This document shows, one piece after another, positions 1-9,517 of a DNA stretch of 52,342 nt. Within the stretch, counting starts at the first letter, position 1. Each line of letters begins with the position of its first letter. The stretch spans positions 1 through 52,342 of the forward strand of contig JBFJCP010000030.1 of assembly GCA_041615815.1 (NCBI GenBank). Reading direction: 5' to 3'. The notes below the pieces were generated by a model, which did no database searches, was not told where the DNA came from, and saw only the letters and a list, made by a program, of their open reading frames with translations. The stretch comes from Gemmatimonadales bacterium. GTDB lineage: Bacteria; Gemmatimonadota; Gemmatimonadetes; Gemmatimonadales; GWC2-71-9. The position numbers were made by a program, and so were the translations under genes.

Positions 1-1723
1 AACGCGGTTTGCCCTGTTGGCAGCACGCGTCCCGACTGGCGCAGATCGAGATCTGTTTGACGGCATCCCACCGGACACCTCGTGGCTCGCCGCTTTTGCA
101 GACTCACTCAGGCGCCATGTTCCTGCGTCTCGTCTCTCCGACGCCGTCCCGGAGCTCACGAAAGCGCTGGTGCGCGCGCGACGCGCCGGCATCCAACCAG
201 AACGACTCGAGCTCCTGGAACGCGCGCTGACCATTGCTGCTGGACTCGTATTCGACGCCCGAGCGTCCGCGTCGCGTCTGGTGCCCGGTGACTCCGTAGC
301 GCTCGAGCTCGAGATCTACAACGCCGGGCCATACCCCGTCCTCATCGACGGTTTTTCGATTCGTTCGCCCCCGATGGTGACACCGTGCCCGGGTGACGCA
401 CGCCCCGAGCTGCCGCGAGCGCTCGCGCCCGGTCGATCCGTCGCCATCGAGTGCGGGTTACGGATCGATGCCGCAGCGTCCGTCGTAGGACCGTATTTCC
501 TTCGAACCCCACCCACGGGGGCACTCTACGACTGGAACGACGCGCCGCCGGCGGTTCGCGGCCGTCCGTTCGAGCCTCCGCTGGCGAGCGCCACGGTTTC
601 CGTCACCATCGGGGGCGTGACCGTCCCGCTGGCTCGAGAGGTCACGGCCCGTGTGCGAGACCAAGTCATGGGGGAGATCCGCGAGCAACTGGTGGTCGTG
701 CCCGCCATCGACGTGCGCTTGGAGCCCGATCGCCTCGTGTGGTCCACGGAAGGACCCGAAGAGCAGACCTTTACGGTGACCCTCACGAACAATACGCGTC
801 AGCGCGCGGAGGGCACCCTGGTGCTCGACGTCCCGGGATGGTCGAGCGCATCTCCCGCAGCATTTCAACTGGAACGGCCCGGTGAGCAGCGCTCGTTCCC
901 GAGCTCGCTGCGGCGTCCAGCCGGTCTCCGCCGTGGCGCTGCGACCGTTCAGGCCACGGCCCACGACCGGGAAGGCCATGAGTATCGGCATGGCGTCGCC
1001 ACGATTGCCTACCCGCACGTGAGACCGGTGTCTTGGGTCCGCCCGGCCACGGCCGAGATCCGTCTGGGTCCGATCCGGGCTCCGCAACTGCACGCCGTCG
1101 GCTATGTCCGGGGGGCCTCGGATGCCGTGCCGGAGGCGTTGCGTCAGGTGGGTCTCCCCATCGAGCTGCTGGACGCCGATGCCATCGAACGCGCCGCGTT
1201 GCATCGCTTCGATGCCGTGATCATCGGCAGCCGGGCGTACGAAACGGATTCGGCGCTGGTACGGCACAACGATCGGTTCCTCGCCTATGTGCGGGAGGGT
1301 GGTGTGCTGGTGGTGCAGTACCAGCAGTACCAGTTTGTGCGAGGTGAATACGCACCGTATCCGCTGGAGATTGGCCGGCCCCACGATCGCGTGACTGATG
1401 AAACCGCTGCAGTGACGATGCTCGACCCCTCACACCCGGCGATGGTGCATCCCAACCGTATGACGTCGGAGGACTGGCGCGGATGGCCGCAGGAGCGGGG
1501 TCTCTATTTCCCCCGCACGTGGGACGCAGCGTATACCCCGCTCCTCGAGATGGCCGATCCGGGTGGTGAGCCGAAACGCGGGAGCCTGCTCGTCGCTCGT
1601 TACGGCGACGGCGTCTACGTGTACACCGGGCTCAGCTTCTTTCGCGCGCTCCCGGCCGCGGTTCCCGGTGCCTATCGGCTATTTCTGAATCTGTTGGCGT
1701 TGGGAGAGAGCGATGGCGGATAG
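1..1723 (+). CDS. C-terminal part of a PIG-L/LmbE-type multidomain protein (NEW3/Ig-like domains plus class I GATase-like C-terminal domain); 5' end lies outside the window
   Basis: Frame open from base 2. C-terminal motifs VGYVRGASDAVPEAL, YVREGGVLVVQYQ, RVTDETA, GWPQERGLYF and YTGLSFFRALPAAVPGAYRLF are typical of this family. The deacetylase domain itself is not in the window. Confidence 0.75.
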   Translation, partial: TRFALLAARVPTGADRDLFDGIPPDTSWLAAFADSLRRHVPASRLSDAVPELTKALVRARRAGIQPERLELLERALTIAAGLVFDARASASRLVPGDSVALELEIYNAGPYPVLIDGFSIRSPPMVTPCPGDARPELPRALAPGRSVAIECGLRIDAAASVVGPYFLRTPPTGALYDWNDAPPAVRGRPFEPPLASATVSVTIGGVTVPLAREVTARVRDQVMGEIREQLVVVPAIDVRLEPDRLVWSTEGPEEQTFTVTLTNNTRQRAEGTLVLDVPGWSSASPAAFQLERPGEQRSFPSSLRRPAGLRRGAATVQATAHDREGHEYRHGVATIAYPHVRPVSWVRPATAEIRLGPIRAPQLHAVGYVRGASDAVPEALRQVGLPIELLDADAIERAALHRFDAVIIGSRAYETDSALVRHNDRFLAYVREGGVLVVQYQQYQFVRGEYAPYPLEIGRPHDRVTDETAAVTMLDPSHPAMVHPNRMTSEDWRGWPQERGLYFPRTWDAAYTPLLEMADPGGEPKRGSLLVARYGDGVYVYTGLSFFRALPAAVPGAYRLFLNLLALGESDGG

Positions 1724-1873
1724 GACGGACAGTTGCAACGTCAGAAGGTCGGAAGGTCAAACAGTCGAGAGAACGCACGCAGCGCGGCCGTCGGCGTCTA
1801 ACGTGTCGCGTTCTGTGAGAAGGGGCCGTGCATTCCCTCGTTCCATTCATTCATGCTTCCATCCTTCCGTCCT
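1722..1873. repeat. Bipartite degenerate 8-bp-periodic element (copy A)
   Basis: Left units aggacgga|cagttgca|acgtcaga|aggtcgga|aggtcaaa|cagtcgag (1722-1769). Right units ttccctcg|ttccattc|attcatgc|ttccatcc|ttccgtcc (1833-1872). Ends AGGACGGA and TCCGTCCT are complementary. Confidence 0.65.
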
Positions 1874-1880
1874 GCTGGGG

Positions 1881-2888
1881 ATGTGTGTGGTAGGGTTGCT
1901 CGCCTGTTCCGACGGCCGTACGCCGTTGGTGATCTATTCGCCTCACGGCCGCGACCTGCTGCAGCTGGCTGAGACCCAATTCGAGGCGGCCAATCCCGAC
2001 ATCGACGTCCGCTGGCTCGACATGGGCTCGCAGGATGCCCTCGATCGCGTGCGCTCCGAGCGCGCCAACCCACAGGCCGACGTGTGGTTCGGTGCCCCCT
2101 CCACGCTGTTCCTGCGGGCAGCGGCCGAGTCCCTCTTGGCTCCCTACCGTCCCACGTGGGCAGATGCGATTCCACCACGGGCTCGTGGGCCGGCCGATCT
2201 CTACTTCGCGGCGTACGAAACACCAGCCGTGATCGCGTACAACTCCGATGCCTTGAGTCGTGCAGACGCGCCCCAGGACTGGGATGCCGTGTTGGAGCCG
2301 CGATGGCGCGGCCAGGTGTTGATCCGAGAGCCGATGGCGTCGGGGACCATGCGTACCATCTTCGGCATGATTGTGGAGCGCGGCTTGCGGGCCACGGGCG
2401 ATACCGCCGCCGGGTTCCAATGGCTCAGACGGCTCGATGCCCAGACCAAGGAGTATGTGTTCAACCCGGCGTTGCTGCATCAAAAGCTGCTGCGGCAGGA
2501 AGGGCTCGTCACGCTGTGGGACCTTCCCGACATCCTGGTGGAATCCGACAAGGGGAGTCCGTTCGCCTTCATTTTGCCTTCGAGCGGGAGCCCGGTCATC
2601 GAGGACGCCATTGCCGTTGTACGCGGGACGAGCCATCCCGAAGCGGCGCACCGGTTCATCGAATGGGTGGGATCGCCGGAGGCACAACTGCTCGCGGCGC
2701 GTGAGACCTTTCGCCTCCCCGCGCGGACCGACCTTCCCCTGGACTCACTCCCGGCGTGGGCGCGCGCAGTCAAGGACGGTCTCGTGCCGGAACCGCTCGA
2801 TTGGCAGTTGCTGAGCGACCGCGGCTCGGAGTGGATGAAATACTGGGATCGGCACGTGCGAGGGCGTGGAGCCGCCGCCAGGCGCTGA
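1881..2888 (+). CDS. ABC transporter substrate-binding lipoprotein, FbpA/AfuA-like family (start uncertain, 1713-1881)
   Basis: Lipobox LLAC, then LVIYSPHG, ERANPQADVWFG and PMASGT motifs. Directly followed by ATPase and permease genes. Confidence 0.85.
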   Translation: MCVVGLLACSDGRTPLVIYSPHGRDLLQLAETQFEAANPDIDVRWLDMGSQDALDRVRSERANPQADVWFGAPSTLFLRAAAESLLAPYRPTWADAIPPRARGPADLYFAAYETPAVIAYNSDALSRADAPQDWDAVLEPRWRGQVLIREPMASGTMRTIFGMIVERGLRATGDTAAGFQWLRRLDAQTKEYVFNPALLHQKLLRQEGLVTLWDLPDILVESDKGSPFAFILPSSGSPVIEDAIAVVRGTSHPEAAHRFIEWVGSPEAQLLAARETFRLPARTDLPLDSLPAWARAVKDGLVPEPLDWQLLSDRGSEWMKYWDRHVRGRGAAARR

Positions 2889-3920
2889 ATGGCCAACGAG
2901 TTTCTCCAACTCCAGGATCTGACCAAGCGATTCGCCGACCATGTGGCGGTCGCCGATCTGTCAATTGCCGTTCCCCGCGGCCAAGTCCTGGCCTTGCTGG
3001 GTCCGAGCGGGAGCGGCAAAACCACCACCCTGCGTCTCTTGGCCGGGTTCGAGCGGCCGGATGCCGGCGCCATCCACGTGGATGGCACCGACGTCACGTC
3101 GCTGACACCAGCCCAACGCCGCTTCGGGATGGTCTTCCAGCATTACGCGCTCTTTCCGCATCTCACCGTGGCGGAGAACGTGGCCTTCGGTCTGGCGGGC
3201 CGCGATGGTCAGTCGCGTCGAGACCGCGTTGCCGAAATGCTCAAGCTCGTCGATCTGACCGGGTTCCAGGAACGGAAGGTCACCGAGCTCTCTGGTGGCC
3301 AGCAGCAGCGAGTGGCGGTTGCCCGGGCCCTCGCACCGGAGCCGCAGATCCTGCTGTTGGACGAGCCGTTGTCCAACCTCGATCCAGGGTTGCGCGAGCG
3401 CACACGGCGGGAACTCCGCACCGCGCTGACCAAGATCGGGATCACGACGGTGCTGGTCACCCACGAGCAAGAAGAGGCGTTCGCGCTGGGAGACCAGGTG
3501 GCCGTGTTGCGTGATGGACGCCTGGAACAAGTGGGAACCCCCATCGAGCTCTACGAACACCCGCGGACCCTATTCGTCGCCACGTTCGTGGGTCGCGCCT
3601 CCAGGTTGACGGGGATGCTGGGCTCCGGTGGGCGCGCACGACTCGATGCGGGTGCCGACTGGGTGGTCGAGACCGCGGGGCAACTCGCGCCCGGGGCTCC
3701 GGTCACCGTCGTCGTGCGTCCCGAAGCCCTGCAGTTTGCCGATGCCGGTCTCCCCGGCACGGTGGTCGAGCGTCGCTACACTGGGTCGAGAGCGCTGTTT
3801 GTGGTGGCGCTGCGGCAGGGGATGGTGGAGGTCGAGGCGCCCGTGCGGGCAGCCGACGTGGGGGATGCGGTGCATGTGGTGGCGGAGCGCGCGCATGCGT
3901 TTCGGCGAGGGAAGGAATGA
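2889..3920 (+). CDS. ABC transporter ATP-binding protein (FbpC/PotA-like, TOBE domain)
   Basis: Walker A GPSGSGKTT, VFQHYALFPHL, LSGGQQQR, LLLDEP, H-loop VTH. Confidence 0.95.
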   Translation: MANEFLQLQDLTKRFADHVAVADLSIAVPRGQVLALLGPSGSGKTTTLRLLAGFERPDAGAIHVDGTDVTSLTPAQRRFGMVFQHYALFPHLTVAENVAFGLAGRDGQSRRDRVAEMLKLVDLTGFQERKVTELSGGQQQRVAVARALAPEPQILLLDEPLSNLDPGLRERTRRELRTALTKIGITTVLVTHEQEEAFALGDQVAVLRDGRLEQVGTPIELYEHPRTLFVATFVGRASRLTGMLGSGGRARLDAGADWVVETAGQLAPGAPVTVVVRPEALQFADAGLPGTVVERRYTGSRALFVVALRQGMVEVEAPVRAADVGDAVHVVAERAHAFRRGKE

Positions 3921-5551
3921 GCCGACCGGCCCGCGGTATTTGGCTGACGCTGCTGTTGCTGTGGATCGTGGTTTACCCGCTGGGCCTCGTGTTTCTCGAG
4001 AGCGTGCGGGGTGACGCGGGGTGGACCACCCAGTACCTGATCGCGTTCGCCGTGGAGCCGCGGGAATGGGCGGCGATGTGGGCCAGCGTCTGGATTTCCA
4101 TTCTCAGCGTGGCTTTGGCCGCCGTGCTGGGCATCCCATTGGGTTTCGTGTTCGAGCGCGTCGATTTTCCGGGGCGCCGGGTGTTGGGGGCGCTCGTGGC
4201 GCTTCCGGCCGTGCTGCCGCCGCTAGTGGGGGTGATCGCGTTTCTCTTTCTCTACGGCGAGAGCGGGTTCGTGGCCCGCACGGTCGCGCTCCTCTTGGGA
4301 CTCGACGAGCCACCGTGGCAACTGCGTGGTCCGGTGGCGATCCTCCTCGTCCACGCGTACTCCATGTACGTGTACTTCTACCTGTTCACCCGCGCAGGCT
4401 TGGCACGAATCGACGGATCCATGCTGGAGGCGGCGCAATCGCTTGGCGCCGGACCGTCGGCAACGCTTCGCCGCGTCACGCTTCCACTCCTGCGGCCGCA
4501 ACTGGCCGCGGCCGCGCTCCTCACCTTCATGACGTCGTTGGGATCGTTTAGCGCACCGTACATCTTTGGTGGTGGCTTTCGGGTAATGACGACGCAGATC
4601 GTCAGCAGCAAGCTGAACGGGGATCTCGCCATGGCCACGGTGGAGACGGCCGCGCTCGCCGTGGTGGCGTTGGTGGGGCTCGCGTTGTTGCGCCGCACGC
4701 AGGGGACGGACCTCGTGGCAGCGGTGGGAAAGGGGACTCCGCCCCCCGCTCGGATCCTGACATCGCCGTTGGCGCGGTGGAGCGCAGCCGCCCTTGGCTG
4801 GGTGCTTGGCCTCGTGCTGTTACTCCCGCATTTCACCCTGATCCTGGTCTCGTTCGTTCCGGTCGGAACGTGGACCACGCAGCTCTTCCCACCCACCTAT
4901 AGCGTGGGGAACTACGTCGCCATGATTGCGGAGCCCGAGCGGCTGCGCCCACTCCTCAACTCGTTGTGGATGGCAGCGGGTGCCACTGTCGTCGCGCTTG
5001 GCATTGCGCTGTGGGCAGGACGGCTGGTGGTGCAGCGGCGGGCGTCGCTGCGTGAGGTCATCGAGACCCTGGTGAACGTCCCATGGGCCGTTCCGGGAAC
5101 GGTGTTGGCCATCGCGCTCGCCACGACGTTCTCGATCCGTGCGCCTTGGGTAGGCCGGTGGGTGCTCGTCGGGACGGCATTGATCCTGCCGTTGGCCTAC
5201 CTCGTGCGCAACATCCCGATCGTTTCCGGATCGATCCTGGCAGGATTCCGCCAGCTCGACCCATCGCTCGACGAGGCAGCAGCGTCACTGGGCGCCGGAC
5301 GCGTACGGACGCTGCGCACAGTCACGATGCCGCTCCTCAGACCTGCCATCCTTGCGGGTGGTGCCCTCGCGTTCGCCACGGCGCTCGGAGATTTCGTGAC
5401 CTCCATCGTGCTCTACACGTTCGAAACCCGACCCATCTCGATCGAGATCCTCGGAGCGTTGCGTCAGTTCGACGTCGGGATGGCGGCGACCTATGGTGTG
5501 CTGCTGATGTTTTTCTCGGCGGTAGCGATGGTGGTGGGCACGCGCCGATGA
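3917..5551 (+). CDS. ABC transporter permease with two fused TM domains (FbpB-like)
   Basis: Two EAA loops (EAAQSLGA, EAAASLGA). ATGA overlap with the ATPase gene. Confidence 0.92.
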   Translation: MSRPARGIWLTLLLLWIVVYPLGLVFLESVRGDAGWTTQYLIAFAVEPREWAAMWASVWISILSVALAAVLGIPLGFVFERVDFPGRRVLGALVALPAVLPPLVGVIAFLFLYGESGFVARTVALLLGLDEPPWQLRGPVAILLVHAYSMYVYFYLFTRAGLARIDGSMLEAAQSLGAGPSATLRRVTLPLLRPQLAAAALLTFMTSLGSFSAPYIFGGGFRVMTTQIVSSKLNGDLAMATVETAALAVVALVGLALLRRTQGTDLVAAVGKGTPPPARILTSPLARWSAAALGWVLGLVLLLPHFTLILVSFVPVGTWTTQLFPPTYSVGNYVAMIAEPERLRPLLNSLWMAAGATVVALGIALWAGRLVVQRRASLREVIETLVNVPWAVPGTVLAIALATTFSIRAPWVGRWVLVGTALILPLAYLVRNIPIVSGSILAGFRQLDPSLDEAAASLGAGRVRTLRTVTMPLLRPAILAGGALAFATALGDFVTSIVLYTFETRPISIEILGALRQFDVGMAATYGVLLMFFSAVAMVVGTRR

Positions 5552-6747
5552 AGCGACTCTCCGTCCTGATGGCGGCAGCGTTCGTCGACATGCTCGGCTT
5601 TGCCATGATCTTCCCACTGCTGCCGTTCTACGCGCTGCGACTCGACGCGCAGGAGTGGATCATTGGATGGATGATCGCCAGTTTCTCGATCATGCAGCTC
5701 GCCGCCGCGCCCCTGTGGGGACGGCTCTCCGATCACTACGGGCGGCGATCGGCCATTCTCTTCGGCTTGGGGATGTCCGCGGCGGCATTCGTCGTGTTCG
5801 GGTTTGCCGTGACGATCTGGATGCTCTTCCTGTCCCGCATGATTCAGGGGATCGGGGGCGGGACCACCGGTGTGCTCCAGGCGTACGTGGCGGACGTCAC
5901 CGAACCCAAAGATCGGGCCAAAGCTTTGGGCTGGCTTTCGGCAGCCACGGGTGCTGGCGTGATGATCGGACCGGCCATCGGCTCGCTGGCCTTCAATCTC
6001 GGTCCGGCAGCCCCGGGACTCGTCGCGGCGGCTCTGTGCGTCCTGAACATCGGATTCGCTGCGCGCTGGCTGCCGGAGTCTCATCCCGACAAGCGTCCCG
6101 GCGCCGCGGATCCGTCCATGCGGGAGCCCATCCGGTCTGTGAAGACGGTCGTGCTCGACTTTCTCCACGCCCCACAGGGGGACGTCGCACGGCTGGTGTG
6201 GATCTATGCCGTCGGCATGCTCGGATTCATGTCGATGACCGCTGTGCTCGCCCTCTACCTGGAGAGTGACTTTGGTGTCACCGAAAGCACCATTGGCATC
6301 TTCTTCGTGTACGTGGGTGCGCTCTCGGTCGTCATGCGGGCGATCGTGTTGGGCAAACTGGTGGATTGGCTTGGCGAGACACGTGTCATGCGCATCGGCG
6401 CTGTGTTACTTGCCATCGGATTGGCCGCCATCCCCCTGCCACGCTCTGTGGTCGTGCTGGGCATCGTGATCGCGTTGGTACCCATCGGCACCGCCTGTCT
6501 GTTCCCTTCGGTAACGGCGCTGGTCACCCAGCGGGCAGCCGACCACGAGCGCGGCCAAACCCTCGGTGTCCAACAGGCCTTTGGCGGCGTGGCGCGCGTG
6601 ATTGCCCCCATCTGGGCCACGGCGGCTTTTCAAGGTCTGGGACAGGGGGTGCCGTTCTACATCGCTGCAATGGTGGTAGGGATAGTGACGATCTTGGCGT
6701 TCCGGGTGCCCCTCGCCGGTGCACCCCAGCCGGAGGCAGGCGCCTGA
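5548..6747 (+). CDS. MFS transporter, TetA/DHA1-like
   Basis: Motif A GRLSDHYGRR, about 12 TM segments. ATG 5548 overlaps the permease stop (ATGA); the ORF-track extension to 5083 overlaps the permease. Confidence 0.9.
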   Translation: MKRLSVLMAAAFVDMLGFAMIFPLLPFYALRLDAQEWIIGWMIASFSIMQLAAAPLWGRLSDHYGRRSAILFGLGMSAAAFVVFGFAVTIWMLFLSRMIQGIGGGTTGVLQAYVADVTEPKDRAKALGWLSAATGAGVMIGPAIGSLAFNLGPAAPGLVAAALCVLNIGFAARWLPESHPDKRPGAADPSMREPIRSVKTVVLDFLHAPQGDVARLVWIYAVGMLGFMSMTAVLALYLESDFGVTESTIGIFFVYVGALSVVMRAIVLGKLVDWLGETRVMRIGAVLLAIGLAAIPLPRSVVVLGIVIALVPIGTACLFPSVTALVTQRAADHERGQTLGVQQAFGGVARVIAPIWATAAFQGLGQGVPFYIAAMVVGIVTILAFRVPLAGAPQPEAGA

Positions 6748-6748
6748 C

Positions 6749-9412
6749 TCAACCCCTGGGCTCCATGAGCGCGCGGTAGTCGGGATCGTCCCGTAGCGTC
6801 TGGAGATCAGCATCCGCGTGCAGCCGGTCGTGGTAGACGAGCCCCTCTGAAAATGCACGTCGCATGAGCCGCACGGCCCGCTCGGGATCCTCGAGCCGCG
6901 CTGCGATCCGTGCCTGCCAGTAGGGAATCAGTCCAAACAGAAACGGGCGCTCGAGCGCGACCAGCGATTCGGAAATCGCGAGCGCCGCTGCCCGGTCTCC
7001 ACGTCGTGCGGCAATCGCACCCTGGTACCCCCGGTACGCGACGCTGTCCGGCTGGGCGAGCGCCAGCTCTTCGAAGAGGGCCGTGGCTTCGTCCCATTCC
7101 CCCGCGTGATACAATGTTCGTGCAAGCCCGTAGCGGAACGCCTCACCGGCCAGAGAATCCCCGGGCTGCGCCCGATACCACACGACGGCACGATTCACCA
7201 TCTCACGGGATGCGTCCGCCCGGCCATGCGCACTGAGGTCCAACGCCAGGAGCCGGAGGAGATCACCCCACGCCTGGACGGCCGGGGCGTGCATCCAGGC
7301 ACGGACATTCGCCTGTCGGCGGTCCAGCGTCTGCTGAAGCTCTCGCGTACGGCCGAGCGCGGCGAGCGCAACCAGACGCATGTGCCCCAGCATGGGGTTG
7401 GACGGATACTGTCGCAGACCTTGCTCCAGCGCGGTGAGTTCACGGCGGTGATTGCCCAGCACGTGATGCGCAGCGCCGAGATAGTGCCAGTAGAGGAAGA
7501 AGCCCCGCATCAGCCCGCGGTTGGGATCGAGTTGTTGAAACGCATCGAGCGTCTCCTGCGGCCGATTGGCCATGAGCGCCGTGAGGCCGACGAGCGATAA
7601 CGGCTCGGCGCCAGGGGAGATCGCCGCGGCGCGCCGCACCGCGGTGAGCGCGTGATCGTAGTCGCCCTCGGTCATGGCGACCGTCCAGTCCAACAGGTGG
7701 CGATCGAAGGGCGACAACCGATCCCGGGCACGAGTCACGATTCGCGCAATGGAATCCGTAGCGGCCCACTCGCCCACCGTGGCGTGGGCAAAGGCCGCAA
7801 AGAGCAGGGGTGTGACGAACGTCGAGTCGGATTGGGCTGCACGATACAGATGCGCAATGCCTTCTTGCTGCTCGAGACGCATGAAGAGGGTCATTCCCTC
7901 GATGTATTCCTGGTAGGCCTGGAAGGATGGCGGTTGTGCCGCACTGTTGGCCCACGAGCTCAGCCGATCGTCGAACAACGTGGCGAGTGCTCCCATGACT
8001 CGTTGGCGCAAGCGTTCCACCGCTACGAGCGGGGAGTCCACGGGGCCCGTCACCGGCTCGAGCGCGCGCAACAGCTTGCCCTCCCTTGCCTCGGTGATCT
8101 GGGCTTGGAATTGCAGCGTCTCGCCCTGCTGGTAGTACGCACCCCAGACCACGATGCCGGCGCCCGTCTCCTCCGCCAATGCGAGACCCAAGATCCCGGC
8201 ATTGGGTCCGAGTGCCGCCGCGGGTCCGCGCGGGGGTGGTGGCGCGGCGGCACCGTCCCGATCGGGCATGGGTGGCGTGCCGCGTGCGGCCTCGTCGACG
8301 ACCAGTGACGCCATCGCCGTCCGCGTGCCGACGACTTCCACGAGTCCGGTTTGGGCGAGCCCCTGCGTCACCCAGTCGGACGCCATCATGCCCAAGGAGG
8401 CGAGCGAGCGATCGCCGGTGCGATTCTCGAAGAGCGAAACGACCACTCGGCTGGGAACCACGGCGCGGCCGCGCCGCGGCAAGACCACTCCGAGCAGCAC
8501 CGCGGCCGCGAGCATGGCTACCACGAGGAGGCCGGCGGCCACGCGTCGCGGCGGAAGCACGCCCCGGACGCCAGCCCCGAGCGACCCACTTCCACCAAGT
8601 GCCTCGCCGAACGCCGCGGCCGTGCGATAACGATCGTTGGGTTGAATCGCCAGGGCCCGCTCGAGCACGCCCCGAATCCCCGTTGGGGTGTGACTTCCGC
8701 TGGCGGACGATCGTAGCATGCTGCGTACGCTGCCGCGACGGCGCCCTAACGCATCCGGCGGCAATCGGCCCTCCAACATCTCGAGCACCACGCACCCGAG
8801 GCTGAAAATGTCCGATCGCCCATCGATTGCTCCGCTTCCCGTCCATTGCTCGGGACTCATATAGGCCGGCGTGCCCATGGCGAGCCCGGTCTGCGTCAAC
8901 TGCCGGCCGGATCCACCCCCCACGGCCCGGGCGATGCCGAAGTCCGCTACCATGACGTGTCCATCGGCCAGGAGGATGTTCTCGGGCTTGATGTCGCGAT
9001 GGATGATCCCCTGGGCGTGTGCGTATTCGAGGGCGCTGGCCACTTCCTGTGCGATCCGCACGGTCTGATCTGCCGGCAGCGCCCCCTCGCGCTGTAACCG
9101 ATGCCGCAACGACTCTCCTTCGACGAACGGCATGACGTAATACAGAAGGCCATCCGCCTCGCCGGCGGCGAACACCGGCACGATGTGTGGGTGTGCGAGC
9201 TTGGAGACGACGTCGATCTCGCGGAGGAACCGCTCACGCATCAGGTGGGGGGCAAGGTCGGGATCGATGACCTTGATCGCGACCTGCCTCCTCGGATGGC
9301 GCTCCTCGGCGAGATACACGCGGGCCATGCCCCCACGACCGATCTCCCGCTGCACGGCAAACCGGTCGCTGAGCGCGGCCCGCAGCCGCTCCTGGAGGTG
9401 GTCGATCGTCAT
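6749..9412 (-). CDS. Ser/Thr protein kinase with TM helix, TolB-like domain and TPR repeats
   Basis: GRGGMA, VAIK, HRDIKPEN, DFG, GTPAYMSPE. TM GLLVVAMLAAAVLLGVVL, then VVVSLFENRTGD and a helical repeat C-terminus. Confidence 0.92.
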   Translation of the reverse strand: MTIDHLQERLRAALSDRFAVQREIGRGGMARVYLAEERHPRRQVAIKVIDPDLAPHLMRERFLREIDVVSKLAHPHIVPVFAAGEADGLLYYVMPFVEGESLRHRLQREGALPADQTVRIAQEVASALEYAHAQGIIHRDIKPENILLADGHVMVADFGIARAVGGGSGRQLTQTGLAMGTPAYMSPEQWTGSGAIDGRSDIFSLGCVVLEMLEGRLPPDALGRRRGSVRSMLRSSASGSHTPTGIRGVLERALAIQPNDRYRTAAAFGEALGGSGSLGAGVRGVLPPRRVAAGLLVVAMLAAAVLLGVVLPRRGRAVVPSRVVVSLFENRTGDRSLASLGMMASDWVTQGLAQTGLVEVVGTRTAMASLVVDEAARGTPPMPDRDGAAAPPPPRGPAAALGPNAGILGLALAEETGAGIVVWGAYYQQGETLQFQAQITEAREGKLLRALEPVTGPVDSPLVAVERLRQRVMGALATLFDDRLSSWANSAAQPPSFQAYQEYIEGMTLFMRLEQQEGIAHLYRAAQSDSTFVTPLLFAAFAHATVGEWAATDSIARIVTRARDRLSPFDRHLLDWTVAMTEGDYDHALTAVRRAAAISPGAEPLSLVGLTALMANRPQETLDAFQQLDPNRGLMRGFFLYWHYLGAAHHVLGNHRRELTALEQGLRQYPSNPMLGHMRLVALAALGRTRELQQTLDRRQANVRAWMHAPAVQAWGDLLRLLALDLSAHGRADASREMVNRAVVWYRAQPGDSLAGEAFRYGLARTLYHAGEWDEATALFEELALAQPDSVAYRGYQGAIAARRGDRAAALAISESLVALERPFLFGLIPYWQARIAARLEDPERAVRLMRRAFSEGLVYHDRLHADADLQTLRDDPDYRALMEPRG

Positions 9413-9421
9413 GCGGCGTAC

Positions 9422-9517
9422 GAAGGATGCAAGGTTAGAAAGACGGGCGCTCGGAAGGGCAGGGCCCTACCTCCCGATGTTCCATGGTTCCGACCTTCCC
9501 ACAGTCGATCATTCCGT
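9422..9517. repeat. Bipartite degenerate 8-bp-periodic element (copy B)
   Basis: gaaggatg|caaggtta|gaaagacg|ggcgctcg|gaagggca, then cctcccga|tgttccat|ggttccga|ccttccca|cagtcgat|cattccgt. Confidence 0.6.
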
